Below are positions 36,959 through 50,430 of a DNA stretch of 64,000 nucleotides, in pieces. Source of the stretch: Mobula birostris (lineage: Eukaryota); NCBI RefSeq assembly GCF_030028105.1, contig NC_092374.1:175112057-175176056 (forward strand), given 5' to 3'. Both the position numbers and the translations under genes were made by a program. Under the pieces are notes generated by a model. That model had not been told where the DNA came from, did not search any database, and saw only the letters and a list, made by a program, of their open reading frames with translations. Every line of letters starts with the position of its first letter. Within the stretch, counting starts at the first letter, position 1.

Positions 36959-39194
36959 CATATAACCATATAACAATTACAGCACGGAAACAGGCCATCT
37001 TGGCCCTTCTAGTCCGTGCTGAACTCTTACTCTCACCTAGTCCCACCGACCTGCACTCAGCCCATAACCCTCCATTCCTTTCCTGTCCATATATCTATCC
37101 AATTTTACTTTAAATGACAACATCGTTCCTGCCTCAACCACTTCTGCTGGAAGCTCGTTCCACACAGCTACCACTCTCTGAGTAAAGAAGTTCCCCCTCA
37201 TGTTACCCCTAAACTTTTGCCCTTTAACTCTCAACTCATGTCCTCTTGTTTGAATCTCCCCTACTCTCAATGGAAAAAGCCTATCCACGTCAACTCTATC
37301 TATCCCCCTCATAATTTTAAATACCTCTATCAAGTCCCCCCTCAACCTTCTATGCTAAAGACCTATCTTGTTCAACCTTTCTCTGCAACTTAGGAGATGA
37401 AACTCAGGCAACATTCTAGTAAATCTTCTCCGTACTCTCTTAATTTTGTTGACATCTTTCCTGTAATTCGGTGACCAGAACTGTACACAATACTCCAAAT
37501 TTGGCCTTACCAATGCCTTGTACAATTTTAACATTACATCCCAACTCCTATACTCAATGCTCTGATTTATAAAGGCCAGCATACCAAAAGCTTTCTTCAC
37601 CACTCTATCCACATGAGATTCCACCTTCAGGGAACTCTGCACCATTATTCCTAGATCCCTCTGTTCTACTGCATTCTTTAATGCCCTACCATTTACCATG
37701 TATGTCCTATTTTGATTAGTCCTCCCAAAATGTAGCAACTCACATTTATCAGCATTAAGCTCCAAAGGCAATCTTTCAGCCCACTCTTCTAACTGGCCTA
37801 AATATCTCTGCAAGCTTTGAAAACCTACTTCATTATCCACAACACTACCTATTTTAGTATCATCTGCATACTTACTAATCCAATTTACCACCCCATCATC
37901 CAGATCATTAATATATATGACAAACAACATTGGACCCAGTACAGATCCCTGACGCACACCACTAGTCACCGGCCTCTAATCTGACAAACAGTTATCCACC
38001 ACTACTCTCTGGCATCTCTCATCCAGCCACTGCTGAATCTATTTTACTACTTCAATATTAATACCGAACGATTGAACCTTTCTAACTAATCTTCCGTGTG
38101 GAACCTTGTCAAGGGCCTTACTGAAGTCCATATAGACAACATCCACCCCTTTACCCTCATCAACTTTCCTTGTAACCTCTTCAAAAAATCCAATAAGATT
38201 TGTCAAACATGACCTTCCACGCACAAATCCATGTTGACTGGTCCTAATCAGACCCTGTCTATCCAGATAATTATATATACCATCTCTAAGAATACTTTCC
38301 ATCAATTTACCCATCACTGACGTCAAACTCACAGGCCAATAATTGCTAGGTTTACTCTTAGAACCCTTTTTAAACAATGGAACAACATGAGCAATACTCC
38401 AATCCTCCGGCACCATCCCCGTTTCTAAATGACATTTGAAATATTTCTGTCAGAGCCCCTGCTATTTCCACCTAACTTCCCTCAAGGTCCTAGGGAATAT
38501 CCTGAGAGGACCCGGAGACTTATCCACTTTTATATTCCTTAAAAGCGCCAGTACTTCCTCTTCTTTAATCATCATAGTTTCCATAACTACCCTACTTGTT
38601 TCCCTTACCTTACACAATTCAATATCTTTCCCCTTAGTGAATATTGGAGAAAAGAAATTGTTCAAAATCTCCCCCATCTCTTTTGGCTCCACACATAGCC
38701 ATCCACTCTGATTCTGTAAGGGACCAATTTTATCCCTCACTATCCTTTTGCTATTAATATAACTGTCGAAACCCTTTGGATTTATTTTCACCTTGCTTGC
38801 CAAAGCAGCCTCATATCTTCTTTTAGCTTTTCTAATTTCTCTCTTAAGATTCTTTTTACATTCTTTATATTCCTTGAGCACCTCATTTACTCCAAGCTGC
38901 CTACGTTTATTGTAGATCTCTCTTTTTTTCTGAACCAAATTTCCAATATCCATTGAAAACCATGGCTCTCTCAAACTTTTAACCTTTCCTTTCAACCTAA
39001 CAGGAAAATAAAGTTTCTGTACCCTCAAAATTTCACCTTTAAATGACCTCCATTTCTCTATTACATCTTTTCCATAAAACAAATTGTCCCAATCCACTCC
39101 TAAATCCTTTCGCATTTCCTCAGAGTTAGCCTTTCTCCAATCAAAAATCTCAACCCTGGGTCCAGTCCTATCCTTCTCCATAATTATATTGAAA

Positions 39195-39735
39195 CAATTC
39201 TGATTTGATGGAGAATGGACGTGAAAGCACAGAAGAACATCTAGAAAAATTTCTGAAATGCTCGTTCGCTGCTGTCGTTACTGCGTGGTCAGGAATCTTT
39301 CGGAGGGTAAGCCTCAAAATCCCCGGCTTTGCCTGCTGTTGGCGACCGAGATGGAGGTCGAATCGTTCGGACAGAGATGGTGCTCAGTACTCAGTGTCGG
39401 AGAGCTGATCAGAGCTTGAAGTTTTTGGATGACTCAGAGTCGGACTATGGTCGGCATGGCAGGGAGAGTTTTTCTTCCTTCTCCCGTCTGCGTGAGATAT
39501 GGGACATTTGAGAGACTTTGATCTTTTACTGTGCTCATGGACTTCTTCATCAAGTTATGGTACTGTTGCACTGATGTAACTATATGTTATAATTATGTTG
39601 CTTTGTCAGTTTTTTCAGTCTTGGTCTGTCCTGTGTTTTGTGATAATCACACCGGAGGAAATATTGTATCATTTCTTAATGTATGCATTACTAAATGACA
39701 ATGAAAGAGGACTACGTGTCTTCATAATCTAATCT
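39195..39735 (+). repeat. Interspersed repeat with (AATCT)n tail, Rex1/Babar-like 3'UTR; second copy at ~60550-61190 (-)
   Basis: Colinear similarity between the two loci, ending ...aaatgacaat..gaggact..gtcttcataatctaatc. Confidence 0.65.
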
Positions 39736-41329
39736 AATGGCATTGTGATCACTGGACCCGAAGTGCTCCCCATCACATACCTCCGTCACCTGCCCTATCT
39801 CATTCCCTAACAGGAGATCCAACACTGCCCCTTCTCTAGTTAGTACCTCTATGCATTGCTGCAAAAAACTATCTTGCACATATTTTACAAACTCCAAACC
39901 ATCCAGCCCTTTTACAGAATGGGCTTCCCAGACTATGTGTGGAAAATTAAAATCTCCCACAATCACAACCCTGTGCTTACTATAAATATCTGCTATCTCC
40001 TTACAAATTTGTTCCTCCAATTCTTGCTCCCTATTAGGTGGTCTATAATACACCCCTATAAGCATTAATACACCTTTTCCATTCCTCAATTCCACCCAAA
40101 TAGCATCCCTGGATGAGTCCTCTAATCTATCCTGCCAAAGCACCGCTGTAATATTTTCTCTGACAAGCAATGCAACACCTCCCCCTCTTGCCCCTCTGAT
40201 TCTATCACACCTGTAGCAATGAAATCCAGGAATATTTAGTTGCCAATCACACCCCTCCTTCAACCATGTTTCACTAATAGCTACCACATCATATTTCCAG
40301 GTATCAATCCATGCTCTAAGCTCCTCCACCTTTCTTACAATGCTCCTAGCATTAAAATAAATGCATTTAAGAAACTTTCCACTGCTTACTCTCTGTTTAT
40401 CCTTAATGGAGCAAACAACTTTGTTATCTTTTTCTTCCTTCTCCCTTACATCTTCGGTCTGAGTGCTCCCGTTCTCTGTCCCCTGTCTATCCTCCCTTAC
40501 ACACTGCCTACTAGCTTTCTCTATTTGTGAACTACCCACCTCTCTCCTAGTCTCTTCAATTTGATTCCCACCCCCCAACCATTCTAGTTTAAAGTCTCCC
40601 CAGTAGCCTTCGCAAATCTCCCCGCTAGGATATTGGTCCCCCTAGGATTCAAGAGCAACCCGTCCTTTTTGTACAGGTCCCACCTGCGCCAAAAGAGATC
40701 CCAATGATCCAGAAACTTGAATCTCTGCCCCCTGCTCCAATCCCTCAGCCACGCATTTATCCTCCACCTCATTATCCTCACCTACTCTCACTGTTGCGTG
40801 GCACAGGCAGTAATCCCGAGATTACTACCTTTGCGGTCCTTCTTCTCAACTCCCCTCCTAACTCCCTATATTCTCCTTTCAGGACCTCTTCCCTTTTCCT
40901 ACCTATGTCATTGGTACCTATATGTACCACCACCTCTGGCTCCTCACCCTCCCACTTCAGGATATCTTGGACGCGATCAGAAACATCCCGGACCCTGGCA
41001 GCAGGGAGGCAAACTACCATCTGGGTCTCTGGGCTGCGTCCACAGAATCGCCTATCTGATCCCCTAACTATCGAGTCCCCTATTACTACTGCCCTCCTCT
41101 TCCTTTCCCTACCCTTCTGAGCTACAGGGTTGGACTCTGTGCCAGAGGCACGACCACCGTTGCTTCCCCCAGGTAAGCTGTCCCCCCCAACGGTACTCAA
41201 ACAGGAGTACTTATTGTCAAGGGGCACAGCCACTGGGGTACTGTCTATTACCTGACTCTTCCTCTTCCCCCTCCTAACCGTGACCCACTTGTCTGCCTCC
41301 CGTGGCCCCGGTGTGACCACCTGCCTGTA

Positions 41330-41565
41330 GGGGAATGTCGAGTCAGACCATAAGAGGCCTGCGTCGGACATTTTCATGCCTTACAAGGCGCAGATTGGAA
41401 GTCTGTGTGGGGCGCCACTCCTCTCACAGACTAGAGGAATGTGAGGAATGTGTGATTAAGTGCCTTGCTCAAGGGCACAAACACGCTGCCACAGCTGAGG
41501 CTCGAACTAGCGACCTTGAGCTAACTATACGAACACCTTAACCACTCGGCCATGTGCCCAACACG
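41330..41565 (-). mobile_element. tRNA-derived SINE
   Basis: Reverse complement of the same head as 33290 (tggccgagtggttaagg...gctagttcgagcc). Confidence 0.7.
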
Positions 41566-41775
41566 TGCCTGTAACTCCCCTCTATCAACTCCTCACACTC
41601 CCTGACCAGACGAAGGTCATCGAGCTGCAGCTCCAGTTCCCTAACATGGTCCCTTAGGAGCTGCAGGTTGGCACACCTGGCACAGATGTGGATGTCCGGG
41701 AGGCTAGGAGACGCCAGGACCTCCTACCTCTGACACCGAGAACAGCAGGCTGCCCTCACACTCATATGCCTGAAG

Positions 41776-44670
41776 GCTGTGTGTGTCAATGCAAGGAGCA
41801 TTCGTAATAAGGTGGATGAATTGAAAGTGCAGATTGTTATTAATGATTATGATATAGTTGGGATCACAGAGACATGGCTCCAAGGTGACCAAGGATGGGA
41901 GCTCAACGTTCAGGGATATTCAATATTCAGGAGGGATAGACATGAAAGAAAAGGAGGTGGGGTGGCGTTGCTGGTTAAAGAGGAGATTAACACAATAGAA
42001 AGGAAGGACATAAGCCGGGAAGATGTGGAATCGATATGGGTAGAGCTGCGTAACACTAAGGGGCAGAAAACGCTGGTGGGAGGTGTGTACAGGCCACCTA
42101 ACAGTAGTAATGAGGTCGGAGATGGTATTAAACAGGAAATTAGAAATGTGTGCAATAAAGGAACAGCAGTTATAATGGGTGACTTCAATCTACATGTAGA
42201 TTGGGTGAACCAAATTGGTAAAGGTGCTGAGGAAGAGGATTTCTTGGAATGTATGCGGGATGGTTTTTTGAACCAACATGTCGAGGAACCAACTAGAGAG
42301 CAGGCTATTCTGGACTGGGTTTTGAGCAATGAGGAAGGGTTAATTAGCAATCTTGTCGTGAGAGGCCCCTTGGGTAAGAGTGACCATAATATGGTGGAAT
42401 TCTTCATTAAGATGGAGAGTGACATAGTTAATTCAGAAACAAAAGTTCTGAACTTAAAGAGGGGTAACTTTGAAGATATGAGACATGAATTAGCTAATAT
42501 AGGCTGGCAAATGACACTTAAAGGATTGACAGTGGATATGCAATGGCAAGCATTTAGAGATTGCATGGATGAACTACAACAATTGTTCATCCCAGTTTGG
42601 CAAAAGAATAAATCAAGGAAGGTAGTGCACCCGTGGCTGACAAGAGAAATTAGGGATAGTATCAATTCCAAAGAAGAAGCATACAAATTAGCCAGAAAAA
42701 GTGGCTCACCTGAGGACTGGGAGAAATTCAGAGTTCAGCAGAGGAGGACAAAAGGGCTTAAATAGGAAGGGGAAAAAAGATTATGAGAGAAAACTGGCAG
42801 GGAACATAAAAACTGACTGTAAAAGCTTTTATAGATATGTAAAAAGGAAAAGACTGGTAAAGACAAATGTAGGTCCCCTACAGACAGAAACAGGTGAATT
42901 GATTATGGGGAACAAGGACATGGCAGACCAATTGAATAATTACTTTGGTTCTGTCTTCACTAAGGAGGACATAAATAATCTTCCAGAAATAGTAGGGGAC
43001 AGAGGGTCCAGTGAGATGGAGGAACTGAGCAAAATACATGTTAGTAGGGAAGTGGTGTTAGGTAAATTGAAGGGATTGAAGGCAGATAAATCCCCAGGGC
43101 CAGATGGTCTGCATCCCAGAGTGCTTAAGGAAGTAGCCCAAGAAATAGTGGATGCATTAGTGATAATTTTTCAAAACTGGTTAAATTCTGGACTAGTTCC
43201 TGAGGATTGAAGGGTGGCTAATGTAACCCCACTTTTTAAAAAAGGAGGGAGAGAAAAACCCGGGAATTATAGACCAGTTAGCCTAACGTCGGTGGTGGGG
43301 AAACTGCTGGAGTCAGTTATCAAAGATGTGATAACAGCACATTTGGAAAGCGGTGAAATCATCGGACAAAGTCAGCATGGATCTGTGAAAGGAAAATCAT
43401 GTCTGATGAATCTCATAGAATTTTTTGAGGATGTAACTAGTAGAGTGGATAGGGGAGAACCAGTGGATGTGGTATATTTGGATTTTCAAAAGGCTTTTGA
43501 CAAGGTCCCACACAGGAGATTAGTGTGCAAACTTAAAGCACACGGTATTGGGGGTAAGGTATTGATGTGGATAGAGAATTGGTTAGCAGACAGGAAGCAA
43601 AGAGTGGGAATAAACGGGACCTTTTCAGAATGGCAGGCGGTGACTAGTGGGGTACCGCAAGGTTCAGTGCTGGGACCCCAGTTGTTTACAATATATATTA
43701 ATGACTTGGATGAGGGAATTAAATGCAGCATCTCCAAGTTTGCAGATGACACGAAGCTGGGTGGCAGTGTTAGCTGTGAGGAGGATGCTAAGAGGATGCA
43801 GAGTGACTTGGATAGGTTGGGTGAGTGGGCAAATTCATGGCAGATGCAATTTAATGTGGATAAGTGTGAAGTTATCCACTTTGGTGGAAAAATAGGAAAA
43901 CAGATTATTATCTGAATGGTGGCCGATTAGGAAAAGGGGAGGTGAAACGAGACCTGGGTGTTATTATACACCAGTCATTGAAAGTGGGCATGCAGGTACA
44001 GCAGGTGGTGAAAAAGGCGAATGGTATGCTGGCATTTATAGCGAGAGGATTCGAGTACAGGAGCAGGGAGGTACTACTGCAGTTGTACAAGGCCTTGGTG
44101 AGACCACACCTGGAGTATTGTGTGCAGTTTTGGTCCCCTAATCTGAGGAAAGACATCCTTGCCATAGAGGGAGTACAGAGAAGGTTCACCAGATTGATTC
44201 CTGGGATGGCAGGACTTTCATATGAAGAAAGACTGGATGAACTGGGCTTGTACTCGTTGGAATTTAGAAGATTGAGGGGGGATCTGATTGAAACGTATAA
44301 AATCCTAAAGGGATTGGACAGGCTAGATGCAGGAAGATTGTTCCCGATGTTGGGGAAGTCCAGAACGAGGGGCCACAGTTTGAGGATAGAGGGGAAGCCT
44401 TTTAGGACCGAGATTAGGAAAAACTTCTTCACACAGAGAGTGGTGAATCTGTGGAATTCTCTGCCACAGGAAACAGTTGAGGCCAGTTCATTGGCTATAT
44501 TTAAGAGGGAGTTAGATATGGCCCTTGTGGCTACGGGGATCAGGGGGTATGGAGGGAAGGCTGGGGCAGGGTTCTGAGTTGGATGATCAGCCATGATCAT
44601 AATAAATGGCGGTGCAGGCTTGAAGGGCCGAATGGCCTACTCTTGCACCTATTTTCTATGTTTCTATACT
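41776..44670 (+). mobile_element. CR1 LINE ORF2 (APE + RT) and 3' tail, young, few lesions
   Basis: ORFs 41779-42765, 42701-43210, 43214-43915, 43942-44577. Confidence 0.95.
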
Positions 44671-44679
44671 TCCCCCTGT

Positions 44680-44960
44680 GCTCAAAGAACAGGAAAAATT
44701 GAAAACCAAACCTACTTTGACTCGCCCGTTTCTGCCTAAGCCCGTTGAGCCAAATTCCTTAAACCTTCACTCTGCTCCCAGCTCACTCCGTTGCCTGCTG
44801 TGTTCCTTTTAAATCTTCCGCGCTTCACTGCCTGACGTCACACGCCTGCGCAGTCCCGCCTCTCTTAACTCCGATGATAAGAAGAAGAAAATCAAAATGG
44901 CTCCCACTGCCCTCCTGCTCCAATTCTCCGATCCTCAAACTATGAAAATGTCGATAGTTA
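44680..44960 (-). mobile_element. CR1-type 5'UTR fragment
   Basis: Resembles the CR1 5' ends at ~2300-2520 and ~22640-22850. Contains TGACGTCA. Confidence 0.45.
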
Positions 44961-44999
44961 TAAAGAAATTGCCCTATGTGTTGGGGATAAATGGAGAAC

Positions 45000-47035
45000 A
45001 GTGGTCTGGAAACTGCAAGAAATGCACAACTGTAAGGCTCCTTTCACTGACATTGTTGATTTTATTGAAAGGAAAGGAAAGATAATGACAGACCTGTTAT
45101 CTGAGAATACTGTATACAGATGCTCCATCACCTACAGTAAGTAAAGGCGTGAACTAGAAAAGTCACAATTTCGCTCTAAGGCTAAAGGAAGCGGTCTTGC
45201 CATGACTGTGGCCACTATGAGAAGTAAAGCTAAAACTGAACCTGGAACTAATGGAAGGGAAATGGTTTCATCAGTCTAAGGGGGCTGTCTGTTCTGTGAG
45301 GTTGAACTTACATTGGATTTGTGCCCTCATGGAGAAAAGGGCTCATAGTGAGAAGATTGCCTTCCTAAAGGAAAATGATGTCTGTTTTGCAACATACACA
45401 GAGTGCTGGAGGAACTCAGCAGGCCAGGTAGCATCTATGGGAAAGAGTACAGTCAATGTTTCAGGCCGAGACCCTTCAACAGGAGTGTGCTTTGTCTGTT
45501 TGTGTACAGGACACATCAGCAAGGATTGCAGGAAGCATAGTTCATACAGGGTATGCAGTGGCAAGCATCCCAGCACACTTCGTATTCACTCTGATGAAAA
45601 GGGTTTAGAATCCAAACAAGCTGTGAAAGAATCAGACGCAGAAGTGAGTAGTGCCCTGGTATCTAATGGCCTTGCAGGGGCTGGCAATCATGATTGTAAA
45701 CTTCCCATAGTTCCAGTACAAGTGAAGTCTAAAAAGGGTAACAAGACAGTAGTTACTTATGCTTTCCTAGATCAAGATAGTACAACAGTTTTCTCTCAAC
45801 CTCACAGGAACAAGGACATGCATTCTCTTACACACCATGGGCCAAGAGAAGGTAATGAGTAGCTACATTGTTTCAGGCTTAGATGGTGAAAACTATTGTG
45901 AACTACCTAATATCTATACACTGGAAAGTATGCACGTCCACAGAGGGGAAACTCAACGTAAGAGGGATCTCCAGGAATATTCTCACCTGAAACATGTTCA
46001 TTTGCCAGAGATAGATTCAGAGATTGAGCTGCTGATAGGGACAAATGTGCCTAAAGCATCGGAGCTGCTGCAAGTGATTCACAGTGTTAATAATGGACCT
46101 TATGCAATTAGAACAATGTTGGGTTGGACTGTGAGTGGAGATGATGGTGATGGGAGAGACTGTGCACAGCCTAAACTGACAGTTAACAGGATCTCAGCTT
46201 TGAACTTGGATAAGGTTTGGCAATGACAGTTCAAGGCAGACTTCCCTGAATGCAGTTAGGATGAACAACTTGGCTTGTCAAGAGAAGATCACAAGTTCAT
46301 GGAGCAAGTTGCAAATTCTGCAAAACTGGTGGATGGCCACTACCAGAAGAAAGGTTAGCATTCCAAATAACAATTAGATTGCAGAATAGTGTGCTCCAAA
46401 TCTCAGAGGTTTAGGAAGGATTTGTCATTTCTCACTGACTACACAGATTTCAGGAAGGATGTACTCTCCAAAGGTTATGCCAAAAGATTGTCGGCAGAGG
46501 ATCTGGAACACAGTGATGGGAAAGACTGGTATATTTCACATCATGGTGTTTACCACCCCAAAAAAGGGAAACTTCATGTTGTGTTTGACAGTGGAATGAC
46601 TTTTCAGGGAATGCCACTTAATGCTCAGATTTTACAGGGACAAAATCTTACTAGCTCACTGATTGAGGTCATGGCCATATTCAGAAAGCAGCCAGTGGTG
46701 ATCATGACAGATATTGGATCAATGTTTCACCAGCAGAAAATGCAGGTCTGCTGAGGTTTCTCTGGTTTCTTTGGTGGCTGGATGGAGACCTCAGGCAAGA
46801 TATGGTGTACTTTAGAATGTTGGAACATCTCTTCGGAACGATTTCATCTCTGAGCTGTGCCAACTTTGCCCTTAGGAAATGTACAAAAGACAATGCAGAA
46901 CAGTTCAGCTGTGAGACAGTGGGTAAGGTTTTGCATTGCTTCTGTGTTGATGACTGCCTTGTGTCAGTGTCCTCTGAGGAAGAAGTGCTGTTTCCCTATC
47001 ATGACCTGGTATCCATTTGTGCTAAAGGTAGCTTC
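45000..47035 (+). mobile_element. BEL/Pao LTR retrotransposon internal fragment (gag zinc knuckle, protease, RT), degenerate
   Basis: CFVCLCTGHISKDC, LPIVPVQV..TYAFLDQDS, LLIGTN..RTMLGW, WYISHHGVYHPKKGKLHVVFD, HLFG..SS.SCANFAL, VDDCL. Confidence 0.88.
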
Positions 47036-47039
47036 CAAC

Positions 47040-47590
47040 ACACATATACTGTGCTTATCTACTTTGACAGTAAGGAATTACTGCCAAAGGAATTAGTCCT
47101 TACTCTTAATAATTTCTCCTTTGGCTCCCCCCACTTCCTCCAAACTAAAGGTGTAGCCATGGGCACCCGTATGGGTCCTAGCTATGCCTGCCTTTTTTAC
47201 TGTGCTATGTATTACACCTGCCCCTATTCCTCTTCCTTCACCACCATTTGAGGCCCTAAACAAACCTTCTGGGTGAGGGAACACTCACCTGTGAGTCTAT
47301 CAGGATCATTTCCTGCATCTGGTGCTCTAGTGCAGCCTCCTCTACATTAGTGAGGTCCAACATAGGTTGGGGGACTGCTTTGTCAAAAACTTTTGCTCCA
47401 TCTGCAGCAACAGGCAGGATCTCCTGGTAGCTACCATTTTCAATTCTGCTTCCCACTTGAAAAATGGCATTATACCCATCCATGGCATATACTGCCATGT
47501 TGAGGCCAGATGCAGGTTGGAGGAGTAACTCCACATATTCTGTCTTGGTCCCTCTGGTATCTCTGGCAACTTAATGTACAAATTTCAGCT
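47040..47590 (+). mobile_element. Penelope-like element fragments (RT and GIY-YIG)
   Basis: LTLNNFSFGSPHFLQTKGVAMGTRMGPSYACLF, then degenerate TCES..IYCI.C..C.LLYI.E...RLGD.FV. Confidence 0.85.
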
Positions 47591-47599
47591 TCTCATAGA

Positions 47600-49960
47600 C
47601 TGTGTAAGGGAACCGGAACTGGAGCGGGATGAACTGCAGATCATTCAGGAGGCTGTAGGGTTAACTGAGAGATGATACAGAGGGGTAATTCAAAGTTCAA
47701 AGCTCAAATTTATAATCAAAATATGATATACAATTCTGAGATTAATTTTCTTGCCAGCAATCACAGTAAATACAAGAATCACAATAGAATCAATGAAAGA
47801 CCACACCCAATAGGGCAGACAGCAATCAATGTACATAAAAAAACAACAAACTGCGTAAATACAAAAAGAAAGAGACAGAAATAAACAAATAACAATGATA
47901 TGTAACTAAACAAGCACTGCGAGCATGAGATGAAGTCCTTGAAAGTGAATCAAGTTCAGTGGTGGGGTGAGTGAAATTACCCCCTCTATTTCAAGAGCCT
48001 GTAGGTTGAGGGGTAGTAACTGTTCCTAAACCTGGTGGTGTGAGTCCTGGGGCTCCTGTACCCTCTTCCTGTTGGCAGCAGTGAGAAGAGAGCATGGCCT
48101 GAATGGTGGGCGTCTCTGTTGATGGATGCTTAGTTACATCTCAGGTGCAGGACATGGGTAACTGGGTGACTGTTGGGAGAAGGAAGGGGGATAACTGCCA
48201 GTAGAGCGTATCCTATGACTGTTTCCCTCAGTAACAAGTACACTGCTCTGGATATTGTTGGGGTTGGGGTGTACGTCCTAGCAGAGGTAAGGCTCCGCGG
48301 TCAGGTCTCTCGACACTAAGCCTGGCTCTGTGATTCAGAAGGGATGGACAGGGGGAAGAAGAGGTGAGCAGTAATGAAAAGGAAGTAGAGTTGCAGGAGG
48401 GATGGAAACCAGAGTGCCAGGGCAGGTAGTGAAGTGGTTGCAGAAAAATATGTTGTAGGGCCTACATAAAAGACAGGAATTGAAAGGTTTAGCATGGCGG
48501 GGTGGTGGGGGGGGGGGGAGGAATAATGTTCTGAGTGGCACCTATTTCAATGGAGGAGTATTGTAGGAGGGGTGGATGAGCTTAAAGCATGGATCAGCAC
48601 ATGGAATTTTGACATCTTAGCTATTACAGAGACTTGGTTGGAAAAAAACAATAAGCCAAGCAAATACAAAAAGAAAAAGAGAGAGGATTTAGTTGAGATA
48701 GATGTAATAGAGAGTGAGGTATTAAAAGGGGAGGGGTAGCATTACGAGTCAAGGAAAATGTCACAGCAGAACTCAATCAGGCCAGATAGGAAGGCTCATC
48801 TACTGAGGCTGTATGGGTGGAACTGAGGAATAAGAAATGGATGACCATGTTAATAGAATTATCTGACAGACCACCCAACAGTAACAAATTTGTATAGAGA
48901 TAGCGGACAGTTGCAAGAAAACTAAAGTTGTGAAATAGGTGATATTAACTTTCCATATATTGACTGGGACTCCCATACTGTAAAAGGGCTGGATGAGATA
49001 GAGTTTATCAATGTGTTTAAGGAACTTTGCTTCACCAATACACCCAGTTAAAGAGAGTGCAATACTGGATCTACTATTAGGGGAAGAGACAGGACAGGTA
49101 ACAGAAGTTTGTGTAGGGGAACACTTTAAATCCAGTGATATTAATGCCATTAGTTTCAAGATAATTGTGGAGAAAGATAGGTCTGGTCCTGGGGTTGAGA
49201 TTCTAAATAGGAGAAAGCCCTGTTCTGATGGCATCAGAAAGTACCTGGCAAGTGTGAAATGGGATACGTTGCTTTCAGGCAAAAGAATGTTTGGTAAGTG
49301 AGAGGCCTTCAAAAGTGATCCCGGATGATAATATGGTAAACTGGGTGAAAAGATTGTGGGCAGAGTGGAAAGTGAGGAAGGCTGTCAAAGCGTGCAGTGG
49401 AGTCTGGACCAGATGGGAAAATGACAGATGGAATTTAATGCACATAAATGTGAAATATTGCACTTTGGGAGGACAAATCAGAATAGACTAACACAATGAA
49501 TAGTGGGACACTGAGGAGTGTGGTAGAAGAGGGGGATCTGGGAACACAGATTTATAATTCCTTGAAAGTGGCATCATAAGTAGATAAGTTTGTGAAGAGC
49601 ACTTTTGGCACATTGGCCTTCATACATCAGAGTATGAGTACAGGAGATGGAATGATATGTTGAAGTTGTATAAGACATTGGTGAGGCCAAATTTGGAGTA
49701 TTGTGCGCCTACATGAAATTTACTACATCAATAATATTCAAAGACTACAGAGAAAATTTAGATGGATGTTTCCGTGACTTATGGACCTCTTACAAGGAAT
49801 GGTTGAATAAGTTAGGACTTTATTCCATGGAATGTAGATGAATGAGATGAGATTTGATAGATGAATACCAAATTATATAAAAATGAAGGGTATTGGTAAG
49901 GTAAATACAAGCAGCGTTTCCCCCCACAGCGGTTTAGTGTGACCATAACCGGAAGTTACA
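47600..49960 (+). mobile_element. Old degenerate CR1 with a Rex-type 3'UTR insert at ~47690-48125
   Basis: Remnants AILDLLLGEETGQVTEVCVGEHF, QMEFNAHKCEILHFG, LVRPNLEYC. Confidence 0.75.
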
Positions 49961-49999
49961 GGTTATGGGGATCCTGAAGTCCCAGTCTTATAGCACTGA

Positions 50000-50430
50000 T
50001 ATTGATTTTTCTAACGTACAGTAATCATTCCCATCAGTTTTCTATTTCTCCCTTTATCTTGCCTGTGGCAACCCTTCCCTTTCCAGTCCCCTGCCCTCAT
50101 GACCTGTCCATCACCTCTCTCTGGTACTGCTCACCCTTCCCTTTATTCCACTGTCCTCTCCTATCAGATTCTTTCTTCTTCAGACCTACTACTCTTTCAC
50201 TTATCAGCTCCAAGTTTCTCACCCCTTTCTCCCCTGACTCCACCCGGCCATCTTGCCCCTCACCTGGACTTACCTATTACCTGTCAGCTTATGCTCCTCC
50301 CTTTCTGCCTTTTTTTTTATGTCTTCTGTGCTCTTCCTTTCCATTCCTGACTGAGGGTCTCAGCCTGAATTGTCAATTGTTTATTTCCCTCCGCAGATGC
50401 TGCCTGAACTGTCAAGCTGTTCCACCATGT
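50000..50430 (+). mobile_element. Penelope 3' end with degenerate pLTR
   Basis: Pyrimidine tract followed by cctgactgagggtctcagcctgaattgtc. Confidence 0.55.

Larger units (their letters stand above)
36963..41760 (-). mobile_element. Near full-length CR1 LINE (ORF1 SGNH-esterase-like, ORF2 APE-RT), frameshifted, with a repeat inserted at ~39195-39735 and a SINE at ~41330-41565
   Basis: ORFs 40778-41377 (GDSIVRG, VVVHIGTND), 39712-40578 (APE), 38462-39181, 38039-38416, 37355-37969 (KYADD), 37037-37345. Confidence 0.93.

Noticed and set aside
41910-42686. Long antisense ORFs (also 43908-44600, 56854-57378, 5287-5691)
   Set aside because: Shadow frames of LINE ORF2 sequence.
46802-47251. Novel chimeric reverse transcriptase ORF
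   Set aside because: Chance in-frame juxtaposition of BEL/Pao and Penelope fragments.
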